The notes beneath the pieces are model-generated. The model did no database searches and was not told where the DNA came from. It saw only the letters and a program-made list of their open reading frames with translations. Positions 39,584 through 52,342 of a stretch of 64,000 bases of DNA are shown in pieces. The position numbers and the translations under genes were made by a program. Numbering within the stretch: the stretch's first letter is position 1; every line of letters starts with the position of its first letter. Origin of the DNA: Leucoraja erinacea (taxonomy: Eukaryota); NCBI RefSeq assembly GCF_028641065.1, contig NC_073413.1, positions 5,456,001-5,520,000 on the forward strand, written 5' to 3'.

Positions 39584-42500
39584 AGGGAGTGTGATCACAA
39601 ATCAGCCGAGATTGAACTGATTGGTGAGAAAGGCTTTAGTGGCTCAGTAGACGCAAGGTACTGCAGATGCTGGTTTACAAAAATGGACACAAAGTGCTGG
39701 AGTAACTCCAACATCACCGAAGGGCCTGTTTCCACACTGTATCTCTAAACTAAACAGAACTAAACCAGTATTGTAGCTACTCGTTAAAGTCCGAGCTGGT
39801 TCGCAACTGATTTTGTGCATGGCTGGTTTTCCTTGCAGCTCAGCCAAATGGAAAGGGTGCCATCTAGTGTAGCAGTGAATACCTGCAACCTAGCCTTGCT
39901 ATCCCTGGGTCATGCGAGTGCTTGAGATGAGATCAATCATTCACAATGTTGAGATATCACTGCAACCTCTCCTGAATCAAGGCAATGATAACAGTCGGGA
40001 CAGATTGTGTCACGCACGCTGGAGCAAGGTGCAACTTCAGTGCCCTGAATCTCAGTGCTGAGCCATGATTAACCTCATTGCAGGAACTTGGCACGGCTTG
40101 CAAAGAGGCTACGATTTGTCCTTTTGCAGACCGTTTGTCAGCACTGTGCCTGTACCCGCTGGAGTTTAGAAGAATGGGGGGGGGGGGGGTAATCTCATTG
40201 AAACATACAGAACAGTGAAAGGCTTGGGTAGAGTGGATGTGGGAAGGATGTTTCCACTAGTGGAAGAATCTAGGACTAGAGGTCATAGCCTCAGAATTAA
40301 AGGATGTTCTTTTAGGAGGGAGATGAGGAGAAATTTATTTCGTCAGAGGGTGTTGAACCTGTGGAATTCTTTGCCACAGACTGCTATTGAGGCCAAGTCA
40401 GTGGATATTTTTAAGTTAGATAGATGTTTGATTAGTACAGGTGTCAGAGGTTATGGGGAGAAAGCAGGAGAATGGGGTTAGGAGGGAGAGATAGGGTCAA
40501 ATGGGCCGAATGGCCTAATTCTACTACTATCACATGACCTTCCATTCATTTGTTCTTTGTACCTTTTCATACCTCCAGTATCCCTTGTTCATGACTTTCA
40601 GTCTGAAGGAGGGTCTCAACCAGAAACATCGCCTATCCTTTTCTAGAGATGCTGCCTGACCCGCTGAGTTACTCCAGCTTTTTGTGTCTAACTCATGGCC
40701 GTCCGAAGGGGGGGGGGGGGGGGTGTGTTGGGTGCGCTTGCACCTATTTTCTATGTTTCTAAAGGAGAAAGTGGGGAGAATGTAAGATGGGAGGTGGAGA
40801 GAGAGAGGGGAAGAAGGGGAGGGGAGAGAGAGATGGGGAGGGAGAGAGAGATGGAGGGGAGAGGGAAAGGGAGATTATCTTTGGTGAGATTGCAAAATTA
40901 AGGTAGGTTTTAGAGCTATTATATTTTCTCCTCCATATGAATAATATTAAACAATATCAAATAATATCAAACAATTGGAACTGCTTTCTTTTCCTTGATA
41001 ACAATACAGAAAAATATGAATTCCATAGTTTGTGACTTTCTTTTTGCATAATTTTTAATAATATTTGAATATTACAAAATCTGCATGTTTTCAGGGTCAT
41101 CGTGGATCTGTCTGCAGTAATGTAGCAGTCCATTGATGATGTTGCAGCTGAAGAAGATAGGGAGAAGATGGAGTTGGAAGATCTCCTTGGCGCAGTGAAA
41201 AGCAACGGTTAGGAGAGGGAAAATATTATCACCAATTTTATTCGGAGCTAACGTGTGAATCTTTATGGTTAAAAACTTTTAAAAAATTGACACGTGCATT
41301 TCTAACGTTTTTGTGTAATTGAAGTGCGAATTGCTTTACCAAAATCTGCACTGTACAGTATCCCCCCCTTAAAACTAAGTTACAGAGTTGTGGATTGTCG
41401 ATAATTATTTTAATTCACGTTCAAATTACGACATTTGCGGATCTACACCTTCCATCTTATAACAAAAGTACTCAACCAATTTTAATAAACTTAGTATAAA
41501 ATATTGGAAATTTATAAAATATACATTTTAATGGGATCATTATATACAGATGTAACATTTCCATTTCAAGATCAAGGAGGCAAATATGCGTCAATCGTTA
41601 AAGGGTTAAAAGATAGCCTAATCGATAAAGAGCTGAGAAGAGGAATCAGAGCTGCCAAGGAAGGTACTCTGAGAAGTTGAGGAGCAAGTTCTCAGCTAGT
41701 TTGGAAGGGCATGCAAGAAATTACCAGCTATAAGAGGAAAGCCCCCTGCTCTTTGGACAATCGTCAGCTGACCAGCTGAATGTGTTTTACTGCGGGCTTG
41801 AAAATCAGAAACGTAACTTTTTTCACGCAGAGAGTGGTGAATCTCTGGAACTCTCTGCCACAGAGGGTAGTTGAGGCCAGTCCATTGGCTATATTTAAGA
41901 GGGAGTTAGATGTGGCCCTTGTGGCTAAGGGGATCAGGGGGTATGGAGAGAAAGCAGGTACGGGATACTGAGTTGGATGATCAGCCATGATCATATTGAA
42001 TGGCGGTGCAGGCTCGAAGGACCGAATGGCCTACTCCTGCACCTAATTTCTATGTTTCTATGTTTCTAATTCTAGTACCCCCTCCCCAACAATCACAGCC
42101 AGACAAAGAATGGATCCGGCACCCTCTCCTTCCCATTCACCACTTCACACCTAGTTAAGGCAAGACTCCAGTTTGAAAAGACTGGAATCTTTCCCACCCC
42201 AACCAACACTTCACACCCACTCAGAGCCCAACCTCTGCAAGTCTGCAAAGTCTGGGCCATTCTACACCCACCCCCCTCCAATCACCACTTCACACCCAAT
42301 TACCCACTCCCTCCTTGTTGAACAACATCACTTCATCAACAATAAAAATAGAGGAGGTGGAGAGGCTTTTCAGAAGACAGGATTAGTTGTCTTAATGACT
42401 ACAGGCCTATCACACTGATCTCTGCATCATGAAGACCCTTATAAGGCTTGTGCTCGCCAAGCTGAAAAATATCACAATCAAAAATCATATAAGCAAGATA

Positions 42501-43196
42501 GTCCACTGGACGAAAAAACCGTAGTAGGGTCATGGGTAATCTTCAGCACCATTCCCGTAACCGGCTTTGGTCATGGCGTCTTCATACACAAATCATCTTT
42601 TTGTTTCTCAGCTGAAGGTGATCATTTTGATATTCTTGCCTAGTCTTCAGACTGACAGTCAAGGGAAAGGGAAGTAAGTAAGTTTATTGGCCAAGTATTC
42701 ACATACAAGGAATTTGCCTTGGTGCTCCGCCCACAAGTAACAACATGACATACAGTGACAGTTACGAATGACTCAGAAAACACTAAACATTAATAATAAT
42801 AAAATATTAAAGATAAAACACCATTGATCAAGCATGCGAACCAACAAAATACAGGTGCAGGCTCGAAGGGCCGAATGGCCTACTCCTGCACCTATTTTCT
42901 ATGTTTCTAAGACAGCGGAATTGATTGTGGACTTTAGGAGAGCTCCCCCTCCCTTCACCCCACTCACCATCAACAACACCACAGTCACATCAGTGGAGTC
43001 TTTTAAGTTCCTGGGAACAATCATCTCCAATGACCTTAACTGGGGGTGCTACCATCGACTCCACAGTCAAAAAGGCACCACAGAGGATGTACTCCCTATG
43101 GCAGCTGAGGAAGCACAATCTGCCACAGCGGGTCAGGCAGCAACTCTGGGAGTGACACAGTGTGGGAACAGGCCCTTTGGCCCAACTTGCCTACAC

Positions 43197-44007
43197 TGAT
43201 GAAGCCAAATAAAGTTACAAAAATAAGAAAAAATTAAAATAGGTTTCAGGGCTAGCTTACAGTTTACATTTAGTGTCAAATTAGGCTTGTCTAAGGTTGC
43301 GGGGTGTGGGAGATAATAAATCCTATAACATTGTCTTCCAAGTGACAGGCAGAGAGAAGGAGCTAAAGATATCTTTGAAGTAGAGATCAAATGACCAATG
43401 TTTATGGGGAGGAGGCAATAAAGGAAGAGCGGAATAGCCAGTCACATCTTTGTAAACAGATGGCCTATGTTTAGGAGGGACCAAGTGACAAGGGAAAACC
43501 AGGAAAGTGGAGATCAAATGACCAATGTTTATGGGGGAGGAGGTGATAGAGGAAGAAAGACATAGGTGGTCACATCTTTGAAGCAAGAGGCAATAAACCA
43601 GATGTCCTATGTTTAAGAGGGACCAAGTGACAAAAGAAAACCAGGGGAGTGGAAATAAAATGATAAAGCAGATGGTCAATGTTTTTAGTATATCTTGTAC
43701 CATGTAAACAAAAGGCCTTTGATGTGATGCAATCTGTGGAAACCTTTTCCTGTACCTCTGACATGATTAATGTCTGTGGAATGTGCTAAGGGGAAAAAAA
43801 CCCTATTTAAAGCAATGTAATTCTGTTGTTCAGAGAAGGTGGCTGAGGACAGTCAAGTGTCTGTGTTGGTCACTTGACTGGAGTTCTCCCTCCCTTCCAT
43901 CGGCCGATGTTAAGTAAAGTTTTGAACTGGTCTACCAAACAGTTTGTGTGGTGTCTGTTTATTAAGAAGCGAACCTGGTTTAGTAGTTAAGATAAGTAGC
44001 TTTTTCA
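43197..44007 (+). mobile_element. Solo LTR (811 bp; ERV1- or Gypsy-type)
   Basis: TG...CA ends (TGATGAAGC / GCTTTTTCA); 4-bp duplication ACAC (43193-43196, 44008-44011) splitting a CR1 tail; internal direct repeats, TATTTAAA near 43804, AGTAAA near 43913. Confidence 0.8.
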
Positions 44008-46689
44008 ACACCGGCTAACAATGTCCAGCTACACTAGTTCCACTTGCCTGCTTTTGGTCCACATCCTTCCAAACCTGTCCTATCTATGTACCTGCCTAAC
44101 TGTTTCTTAAACGATGGGATAGTCCCAACCTCAACTACCTCCTCTGGTAGCTCGTTCCATACACCCACCACCCATTGTGTGACAAAAGTTACCCCTCGGA
44201 TTCCTATTAAATCTTTTCCAACCTACACAAAGGGTGGTAGGTGTATGGAACAAGATGCCAGAGGAGGTAGTTGAGGCAGGGACTATTGCAACATTTAAGA
44301 AACAGTTATACAGATACATGGATAGGAATGGTTTGGAGACTTATGGATCAAACGTGGGCAGGTGGGACTAGTGTAGATGGAACATGCTGGGCCGAAGGGC
44401 CTGTTTCCACAGTGTATCATTCTATGACTCTATCTTTCCCTTTCAAACCCATTCTCCTGCCTTCTTCCCATTACCTCTGACACTCGTATCAATCAAGAAT
44501 TTATCAATCTCCTCTTGAAAAATGTCCATTGACTTGGCCTCCACAGCTGTCTGTGGCAATGAATTCCACAGTTCACCACCCTCTGACTTAAGAAATTCCT
44601 GCTCATCTCCTTCCTAAAGGAACATCTTTTAATTTTGAGGTTGTGGCCACTGGTCCTAGACTCTCCCACTAGTGGAAACATCCTCCACATCCACTCCACC
44701 CTGGCTTTTACCAGGCTGGGACAGACTGCAACAGCTTCACACCATGTCCTAAAGCTTGTGTCCTGTCCTGCATCACCCAAGGCAGCAGAGACGTTATAGC
44801 AGAGGGCAAGCACCGTCACAAAGTAGCTCACGATGGTTTGGGTAACATTCAGGAATGTCTATGCATGTCACATCATGAATATTACTGAAGAAGGGTCTTG
44901 ACCCGAAATATAATCTATACCTTTTCTCCAGAGATGCTGCCTTACCCGCTGAGTTACTCCAGCACTCTAAAATGTCACCCATCCATATTCTCCAGAGATG
45001 CTGCCTGACCCACTGAGTTACTCCAGCACTCTGTGAAACGTCACCCATCCATGTTCTCCACAGATGCTGCCTGACCCACTGGGTTACTCCATCACTTTGT
45101 GTCTATTTTCCCATCACCCATCTGCCCAAGCCCACTCTCCCCCCCTATTTTCCTATGTTCCTTTCCACCCATAAACCTCTCTACCTTTACATTTCACTAA
45201 TCTTTCAAATCTGCTCTACTTATCTACATGCATTTTTCTTAACTTTTTAGTCATAGAATGATGCAGTGTGAAAACAGGCCCTTCAGCCCAACTTGTCCAC
45301 ACCGACCATCATGTCCCATCTAAACTACTCCCACTCACACGCGTTTGGCCCCTATCCATCTAAACATGTCCTATCCATGTACGTGTCCAAATGTCTCTTA
45401 AACATTAGGATAGTCCCAGCCTTAACTTCCTCCTCTGGCAGCACCCTTTGGTGATAAAGCTACCTCTCAGATTCCTGTTAATTTCTGAAATATTGGGCAT
45501 AAATTTGGGGCAAAAATGCTCCAAAATAAGGCTCAGAATGCTTCAGAAACCATCTAAAACCCCAGATCCAAAAACCCTGAACCCCGGCATCGAGGGACTT
45601 CACGCTTCGTGCTCGTGATGTGTGCAGCGGGCACATAATTTAACATTAAAATGTTTGTAATCCTGTCATACCACCCCCCTTTTTGAAAAGCTTTGTTCGG
45701 GCCTGTGGTGTCTGTCTTGCGCTTCTTGTGCGTGGCGGTGGACAAATTGGTGGAAACGGGGCCGCAAAGTGAACGCAGTTTCCTTCCTAGTCAGGGTCAA
45801 AGAGAGAGAGTCAGAATCAAAGATCTTCGCTATAAGATCTTTGGTCAGAATGTCAAAGGATTACTTTTCATAGTTCTGTCTAGGTTCTTATCAGTTGTAA
45901 CCTTGAGTGCACAAGCTGTCCTTTGTGTTCAGACTTGTTTTCAAGCAGATAACTTTTTCAAACCAAACTAACCCTATTAATTCTCTGCTCTATTATTTTC
46001 CTTCACAAGTCGATAGGATGGTAAATAATGCGTATGTGTTTGACAGGACGCATATTATGTCTATGCTGGAGTTTAGAAGGATGGGACACACACACCTCAT
46101 TAAAAGCTTACCGAATAGTGAAAGGCTTGGATGGGGTGGATGTGGAGAGGAAGTTTCCACTGGTGGGACAGTCTAGAACCAGAGGTCATAGCCTCAGAAT
46201 AAAAGGATGTACCTTCAGAATGGAGATTAGTAGACATTTATTTAGTTAATGGTTGGTGAATGTGTGGAATTCAGAGGTCTATGGAGGTCAGGTCAATGGA
46301 TATTTTTAAGGCAGAGATAGATATATTTTTGTTTAGTAGGGCTGTCAAGGGTTATGGGGAGAAGGCAGGAGAATTGGGTGAAGAGGGGAAGATAGATTAG
46401 CCATGATTGATTGGGGAGTAGACTTGATGGGCAGAATGGCCTAATTCCTCTCATATCACATGGACATAGGTCTGCAGAAGGGTCTCGACCCCGAAACGTC
46501 ACCCATTCCTTCTCTCCAGATACGCTGCCAGATCCGCTGAGTTCCTCCAGCGCTTTGTGTCTATCTTCGTCGTAAACCAGCACCTGCAGTCCCCCCCCCC
46601 CCCCCTCCCCCCCCAGCGTAAACAAGTAGAATTCTCACCAAAGATCATTGGTTCTCACTGAGTACACACACACACACTAAGTGAGACAT

Positions 46690-46829
46690 AAAAGGGCAGC
46701 GGGGCGGAGAGACCGGCTGCCCCGCCTCTGTCTCTCAGTTCGCTGGTCATTTTCTCGCCTCGCAGCAGAGACGTGGACCTCCACACTCACCACCAAAGAT
46801 CGTCTCTGCTCACCACCAACCCAGCTCAG
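46690..46829 (+). promoter_or_regulatory. Putative promoter and non-coding exon 1 of TRIM56-like copy 1
   Basis: Two opposed GC boxes, Inr-like TCAGTT (~46735), donor CAG|GTGAGT at 46830; the block is conserved in all three repeat units; the matching acceptor is at 50374-50375. Confidence 0.65.
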
Positions 46830-48663
46830 GTGAGTGAGATGCTGCAGAGGGCGGCCCGGGCGACCTCAGTGGGAGGGAGGTTGAGATAGGATGTAGGAGT
46901 GTGGTTTTTGTTTAATATCTCCTGTCGACCGCTCCACTGTGGTGGGCTCGAAAGTCCGGTGGACCTTCTCTCCAGAACGTCCCAGAAGAGTGTATGAGAG
47001 TATGAACGTGTGAGCGGGAGAGAGAGCAAGTGGGAGCGAGAGAAAGAGTGTGGAAGAGTGTGAGGGGAAGAGACAGACACAGAGACAATAGGTGTAGGAG
47101 TAGGCCATTCGGCCCTTCGAGCCAGCACCGCCATTCAATGTGATCGTGGCTGATCATCCACAATCAGTACCCCCCCCCCCCCCCCTCCCCCGTTCCTGCC
47201 TTCTCCCCATTTCACTTATTCTCTGCCACAGAAGGTAGTCGAGGCCAGTTCATTGGCTATATTTAAGAGGGAGTTAGATGTGGCCCTTGTGGCTAAAGGG
47301 ATCGGGGGTATGGAGAGAAGGCAGGTACAGGATACTGAGTTGGATGATCAGCCATGATCATATTGAATGGGGGTGCAGGCTCGAAGGGCTGAATGGCCTA
47401 CTCCTGCACCTATTTTTTATGTTTCTATGATGGGGAGGGAAGAAGAAATGAGAGGAGCGGAGGGGAGAAGAGAGGGGAGGGGGGAAGAAGGGAGAGGAGG
47501 GGAGGGGAGAAGAAGAGAGGAGAGAGCAGGGATGGGAGGGGAGTATGTTAAAACACAAGGTTCAGAAATGAAACGGGGTCTTTGCGTTACTTTGGGAACC
47601 AAGTGTCACCTCTCCCAGGCAATGACTCTCATTCCCACCTGGTCCTCGGTTGGTCACTGGTTTCTTCCCAGCTGTTATCAGGCAACTGAATCATCTCACC
47701 ACAACTCGAGAGCAGTCTACTATCTGCCTCTTCAGAGACTCTCAAACTATCTTTGATCGGACTTTACTGGCTTTACCTTGCACTAAATTGTTATTCCCTT
47801 ATCAGGTATCCCACATACACTGTAAATGGCTCGATTGTAATCATGTATTGTCTTTCCGCTGACTGGTTAGCACACAAAAGCTTTTTACAGTAGATGACAC
47901 TAAACTGAACAATAGTTCTATGTTAGACAAAAGTGCTGGAGAAACTCAGCAGGTGAGGCAGCATCTATGGAACGAAGGAAACGTCGCCTATTTCCTTCGT
48001 TCCATAGATGCTGCCTCACCCGCTGAGTTTCTCCAGTATTTTTGTCTACCTTCGATTTTCCAGCATCTGCAGTTCCTTCTTAAACACTTGGAGTTAGATA
48101 TTACCCGTGTGAACGAATTGGCCAGATTCACTCTGTTGGTAGGGGGTATTCTTGCGGTGGTTGTTCCCGGGTTGTTGCTGCCTACGTCTTTTATACTAAT
48201 TTTCCTTCAATCTCCTAAAGGAAGCCTTTGTCCTAACCCAAGACTCCCATGGCTTTACATCAATCATTTCAAGCTGTCACTACTCTTAAGTGGCTGAATA
48301 AACAAAACACATCTTCATTCCTTATCAGGCGAGGGAGTTCTCAATTATGTTGCCTGTTCATACCTCCTTCACATTAGAGAGTTATTTTGCAGTATGTGCG
48401 TTCCAGGCACCTTATCTTCTCAAGGCCGTCCTGCCTTAGCCGTGAAGTTACCTTCAGCTCTGCTTCCACCAGATGTCAATGACATGACCATTTTCACTGC
48501 GCTTTTTTCTCTTGGCTCCAGCATTTAGCTCTGTCTGTCTCCGGCTAGCAGCATCCTCCCAAAGCCTGTCGGGATACTTGACATCCAGTCCCAGATATAT
48601 GCTCCTCTAGTATCTTTGGGCTATAGTTCATGTATACACACACATGCATGCATATATATACTA

Positions 48664-50015
48664 CTAGACCAAGTGGGACCCGTTGCGCCCCGTGCGGGCA
48701 GGGGGGGGGGGGGGGTGCGTTGGCGTCCCTCGGAGCAAATCTCCCCATCACCTCCCACAAGGAAAATTATGGAATTTATGGAGGCAATCAATCGTCCCCA
48801 CGTTGGGGGGGAGCGGGCAGCGTGGATGCGTAGGGGAAGGGGGTTGCGGGCAATCTTTCTCTCTCCCTCGATGGCAGCTTTGGCCAGGCCCTCTCATAGA
48901 TGAACAGAGGCCCAGGCCAATTTCAATATAAGAGGCCCCCAAACCAAGACCAAGCAGAGGCCCCTCAATTTTAGAGGACCCCAAATCAAGATCCCTTTGA
49001 AGCAGACAGGCATGAGGCTCGTTGCCCCCCCCCCCCCCCCCCCCCCTGCCTTTGGCAACCTCTCCTTCTGCGGCAGTTACCGGGGAGGTGTAGGAGGGGG
49101 GAGAGATTGTGATCAAAGTTGTGATGCCATTGGTTGTGATGCCATTGTGGCACTCGGCAGCCTGAGAGCCCATGGTGATTGGTGCACTGTGATTGGCATT
49201 GTGACATCATCACTGGAAGCTCCTGGAAAAAGGCTGTGTGTGAGAACCGTTTTATTGCCATTTTTTTTTCATTTGAATCACCAATAACGTGACATATAGG
49301 ATGAAATCTTAAGTGAACCTGGAGGGGGAAAATGTGTCAGAATGTGTAAATGTTTAAGCCCTGTCATGTAGTGTTTTGAGGAAGAAACAAAGAATACAGA
49401 CACACATACAACACACACACAAGATGAGACTAGACTAAGTGGGACCCGTTGTGTCTCAGTCATACGGGAGGCTTGGTCCCCCAACACAACCCATTCCCCA
49501 ACACAATATTCCACCACTCACCCATAATGCGGCTCATTTCAGCTCATCTCTCAGCACTCCCTCCCCCTCCTCTTCATGTGTGGGAGGGGAGGGAGGGAAG
49601 TCGGGTGTGTGGCGGAGAGGGGGTGCGGGAGGGGAGGAGAGGTGGTGTGTGTGTGGGCGGGGAGGTGTAGGAGGGGGGGGAGGTTGCTGTATGGGGGGGG
49701 GGGGGGTGGGTGGGAGGAGAGGTGTGTATATGGGCGGGAGGTGTGTGGGTGGGGGGGAGTGGGGTGTGTGCGGGCGGGGAGAGGGGTGTGTGGACGGGGG
49801 GGAGTGGTGTACTGGGTGGGGGAGGGATTTGGGGGCCGATGGGGGGAGGGGGGGGTGTGCAGGTGGGGGGGGGTTGAGGGGGGGTGTGGGGGGGAGAGAG
49901 CTCAGAGAAAAGACGGGGAAGAGCCATGGGGGAGAAGGGGGTATCATGGAGGAGGGGGGCAGGAGCTAATGAGGGGGACCAGAGGGGAAGTAGTTGGAGC
50001 TGGCTGTGCAACGTG
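48664..50015 (-). mobile_element. Two adjacent Helitron-like non-autonomous fragments (right boundaries approximate)
   Basis: CTAGAC(C/T)AAGTGGGACCCGTTG at 48664 and 49430 is close to the reverse complement of the Helitron 3' end at 57560-57585. Confidence 0.5.
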
Positions 50016-50389
50016 GGCTTTCATTTATTATATTGTTTCCAGCCTACTATCTTTACACATTCTGTTGTGCTGCTGCAAATAAGAATCTCATTGTTTTATC
50101 TGGGACATATGACAATAAAACACTCTTGATTCTCAGACGTATTTAAAAACAAAAACTTTCCGTGAGCAAACTTCTCATCGAGTCAGTGTGGAAACAGGCC
50201 CTTCGGCTCAACTTGCCCACACCGGCCAATGTCCCAGCCACATTAGTCCCACCTGCCTGCGCTTGGTCCATATCCCGCCAAACTGGTCCAATTCATGTAC
50301 CTGTCTAACTGTTTCTTAAAACGTTGGGATAATCCCAGCCTCAACTACCTCATTGTGTCCTCTGATCTATTGCAGGTTGTGTCCACATC

Positions 50390-52342
50390 ATGGCCATGTC
50401 GGGGGATATTACGGATCAGATACAAAATGATCTATTAAACTGCAAGATCTGCCTCAGTAGGTTCATACAGCCCAAGATGCTGCCTTGTGCTCACACCTAC
50501 TGCCAGGGGTGCCTGGAGAAGATGGTTAGGTCAGACCGGAAGGTGCAGTGCCCGGAGTGCAGGGAAGAGTTTGACGTGAGAGGTGGGGTCAGCAAACTCA
50601 AGACCAACTTTCACATTAACAGTCTGATGGATATCATCAAGAGCAAGGAGAATGAGAAGGTGGTCTGCAGTTGGTGCGCGACAGCTGGTCTCAGCGAGAT
50701 TGCCGCCGTGGCTCGGTGTAAAACCTGCCTCAAGTGCCTCTGCCCGCCTTGCAAGCTCACCCATGGGACTGCCAACCCGCGCCACGTGCTGGAGGATCTG
50801 CCCGGTTACGTCGCCGGCCCTTGCGAGGCAGAGACAAAGATGCAGAAGATGATCTACTGCCAGGGCCACCCAGGAACCCTGGTGGACCATCTCTGCAACA
50901 CCTGCAACAGCGTGATCTGCAGCAGTTGTTCCTCGCATGCCCACGCCAGGCACTCGAAGGTGTCCCTGGCCAACGCAGGGGCCACAGCTAGACCCACGGT
51001 GATGAATCTCATGGAGAGACTGAAGACTGACATGCAGTCGCTGGTCCAACAGGAAGACGACATCGTCCAGGCAATGGAGGGGATGAAGGCGACGGAAAGA
51101 TCACTGATGTCTATGATAGAGTCCACCCTGGCCGAGGTCATAAACAACTTGATAAAACATGGCGACACCATCAAGGACACGCTCTCCAGTTACGTCAGGG
51201 AGCAGGAAGAATTGTACAAGGTCGCGCGGGATGATATTCAGCTCAAGATCAAGAAGGCGAAGGACACCAGGGAATTTTCCCAGGGGGTCCTGGGTTCCGG
51301 TAAAATGAGGGAAATAGTCTGCCTGCGGTCCGTCGTGGAAGAACAGATCGATGGACTCCAAGCGCCGAGGGTCCCGGACGACAAGAAGACCCGCCCCAGC
51401 CTGACCGTCAACGAGTCGCTCAAGAGCATGCTGTCTCACTCCAACCTTTTCAGCCTCACCTTCGGTGAAGAATCGGCCGCCAAGGCAGTGGCCGTTCCAG
51501 CAAAAAGCCCGCAGGCCTACACTCCCCTCCCCCAACCCAGGCAGAGGGCGTGGAATCTACATTGGTTCAACACAGAGCTGGGTGGTGACCAGTACGATCC
51601 GGCGCTGACGGGCGTTAGCGTCTCCAACGACGGCATCATCGTGGTGGCGGACGAAGACAATTCCCTTCTGAAATGCTTCACCGACGACGGGCACCTCACT
51701 GCGACCATCTCACTGCCGGACAATAACGCACATCCATGCAGTGTTGCCATCTTTGACGACACCATCGCCTGCTCGTCTGGGAACCGGCTGTACATGCTGG
51801 ACATGGACGGGACTTTGCTGAGGAAGCTTTTCCTCCGCGGCTACGAGTCCGTCTACCCCCTCGCCGCCTACAGGGATGAATACGTGGCTGTGAGTGAGGG
51901 GTCCATGTGCTCCCTCTCCCTGTACAACAGCAACGGGCAGGTGGTCGACAGGGTGAAGCCGTACGGCTACGAGGGGGGGCGGTTCCTCTTCCTCGCCATC
52001 AACAGCGACGAGCAGTTCATCGTGGTCGACTGCGGCAAGAAGTGCATCCTGATCTTCGACAGGGATGGCTACATCTTCACCACCTGTGACCAGGTCACCA
52101 TGAACGGGGTGGGTCAGGCGATCTGTCCCTACAGCATCTGCACGGACAAAGACGACAATATTATGGTCACCGAGTGGAACCGGATCCTCTTGTTTTGGCC
52201 CAACGGGAACTTCAGGGAGGAGCTGCTGACCGTCGCCAACGGCCTTCACAAACCACGTGTCATCACCGTCGACAATTACAACAACCTGGTCGTCACCCAA
52301 GGCAACGGGTTCATCACCATATACCAGCTGGACCTCTCTTAG
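50390..52342 (+). CDS. TRIM56: TRIM56-like E3 ubiquitin ligase, copy 1 (RING, B-box1, B-box2, coiled coil, NHL beta-propeller; 650 aa)
   Basis: C3HC4 RING (CKIC..PKMLPCAHTYCQGC..CPECR), two B-boxes, helical region, NHL-like repeats (IVVADEDN, FIVVDCGK, KPRVITVD); no filamin domain; single coding exon, like TRIM56. Orthology not proven. Confidence 0.85.
   Translation: MAMSGDITDQIQNDLLNCKICLSRFIQPKMLPCAHTYCQGCLEKMVRSDRKVQCPECREEFDVRGGVSKLKTNFHINSLMDIIKSKENEKVVCSWCATAGLSEIAAVARCKTCLKCLCPPCKLTHGTANPRHVLEDLPGYVAGPCEAETKMQKMIYCQGHPGTLVDHLCNTCNSVICSSCSSHAHARHSKVSLANAGATARPTVMNLMERLKTDMQSLVQQEDDIVQAMEGMKATERSLMSMIESTLAEVINNLIKHGDTIKDTLSSYVREQEELYKVARDDIQLKIKKAKDTREFSQGVLGSGKMREIVCLRSVVEEQIDGLQAPRVPDDKKTRPSLTVNESLKSMLSHSNLFSLTFGEESAAKAVAVPAKSPQAYTPLPQPRQRAWNLHWFNTELGGDQYDPALTGVSVSNDGIIVVADEDNSLLKCFTDDGHLTATISLPDNNAHPCSVAIFDDTIACSSGNRLYMLDMDGTLLRKLFLRGYESVYPLAAYRDEYVAVSEGSMCSLSLYNSNGQVVDRVKPYGYEGGRFLFLAINSDEQFIVVDCGKKCILIFDRDGYIFTTCDQVTMNGVGQAICPYSICTDKDDNIMVTEWNRILLFWPNGNFREELLTVANGLHKPRVITVDNYNNLVVTQGNGFITIYQLDLS

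Noticed and set aside
40900-41610. piggyBac-like element ending in ..AGGG-TTAA
   Set aside because: Only one plausible terminus was found.
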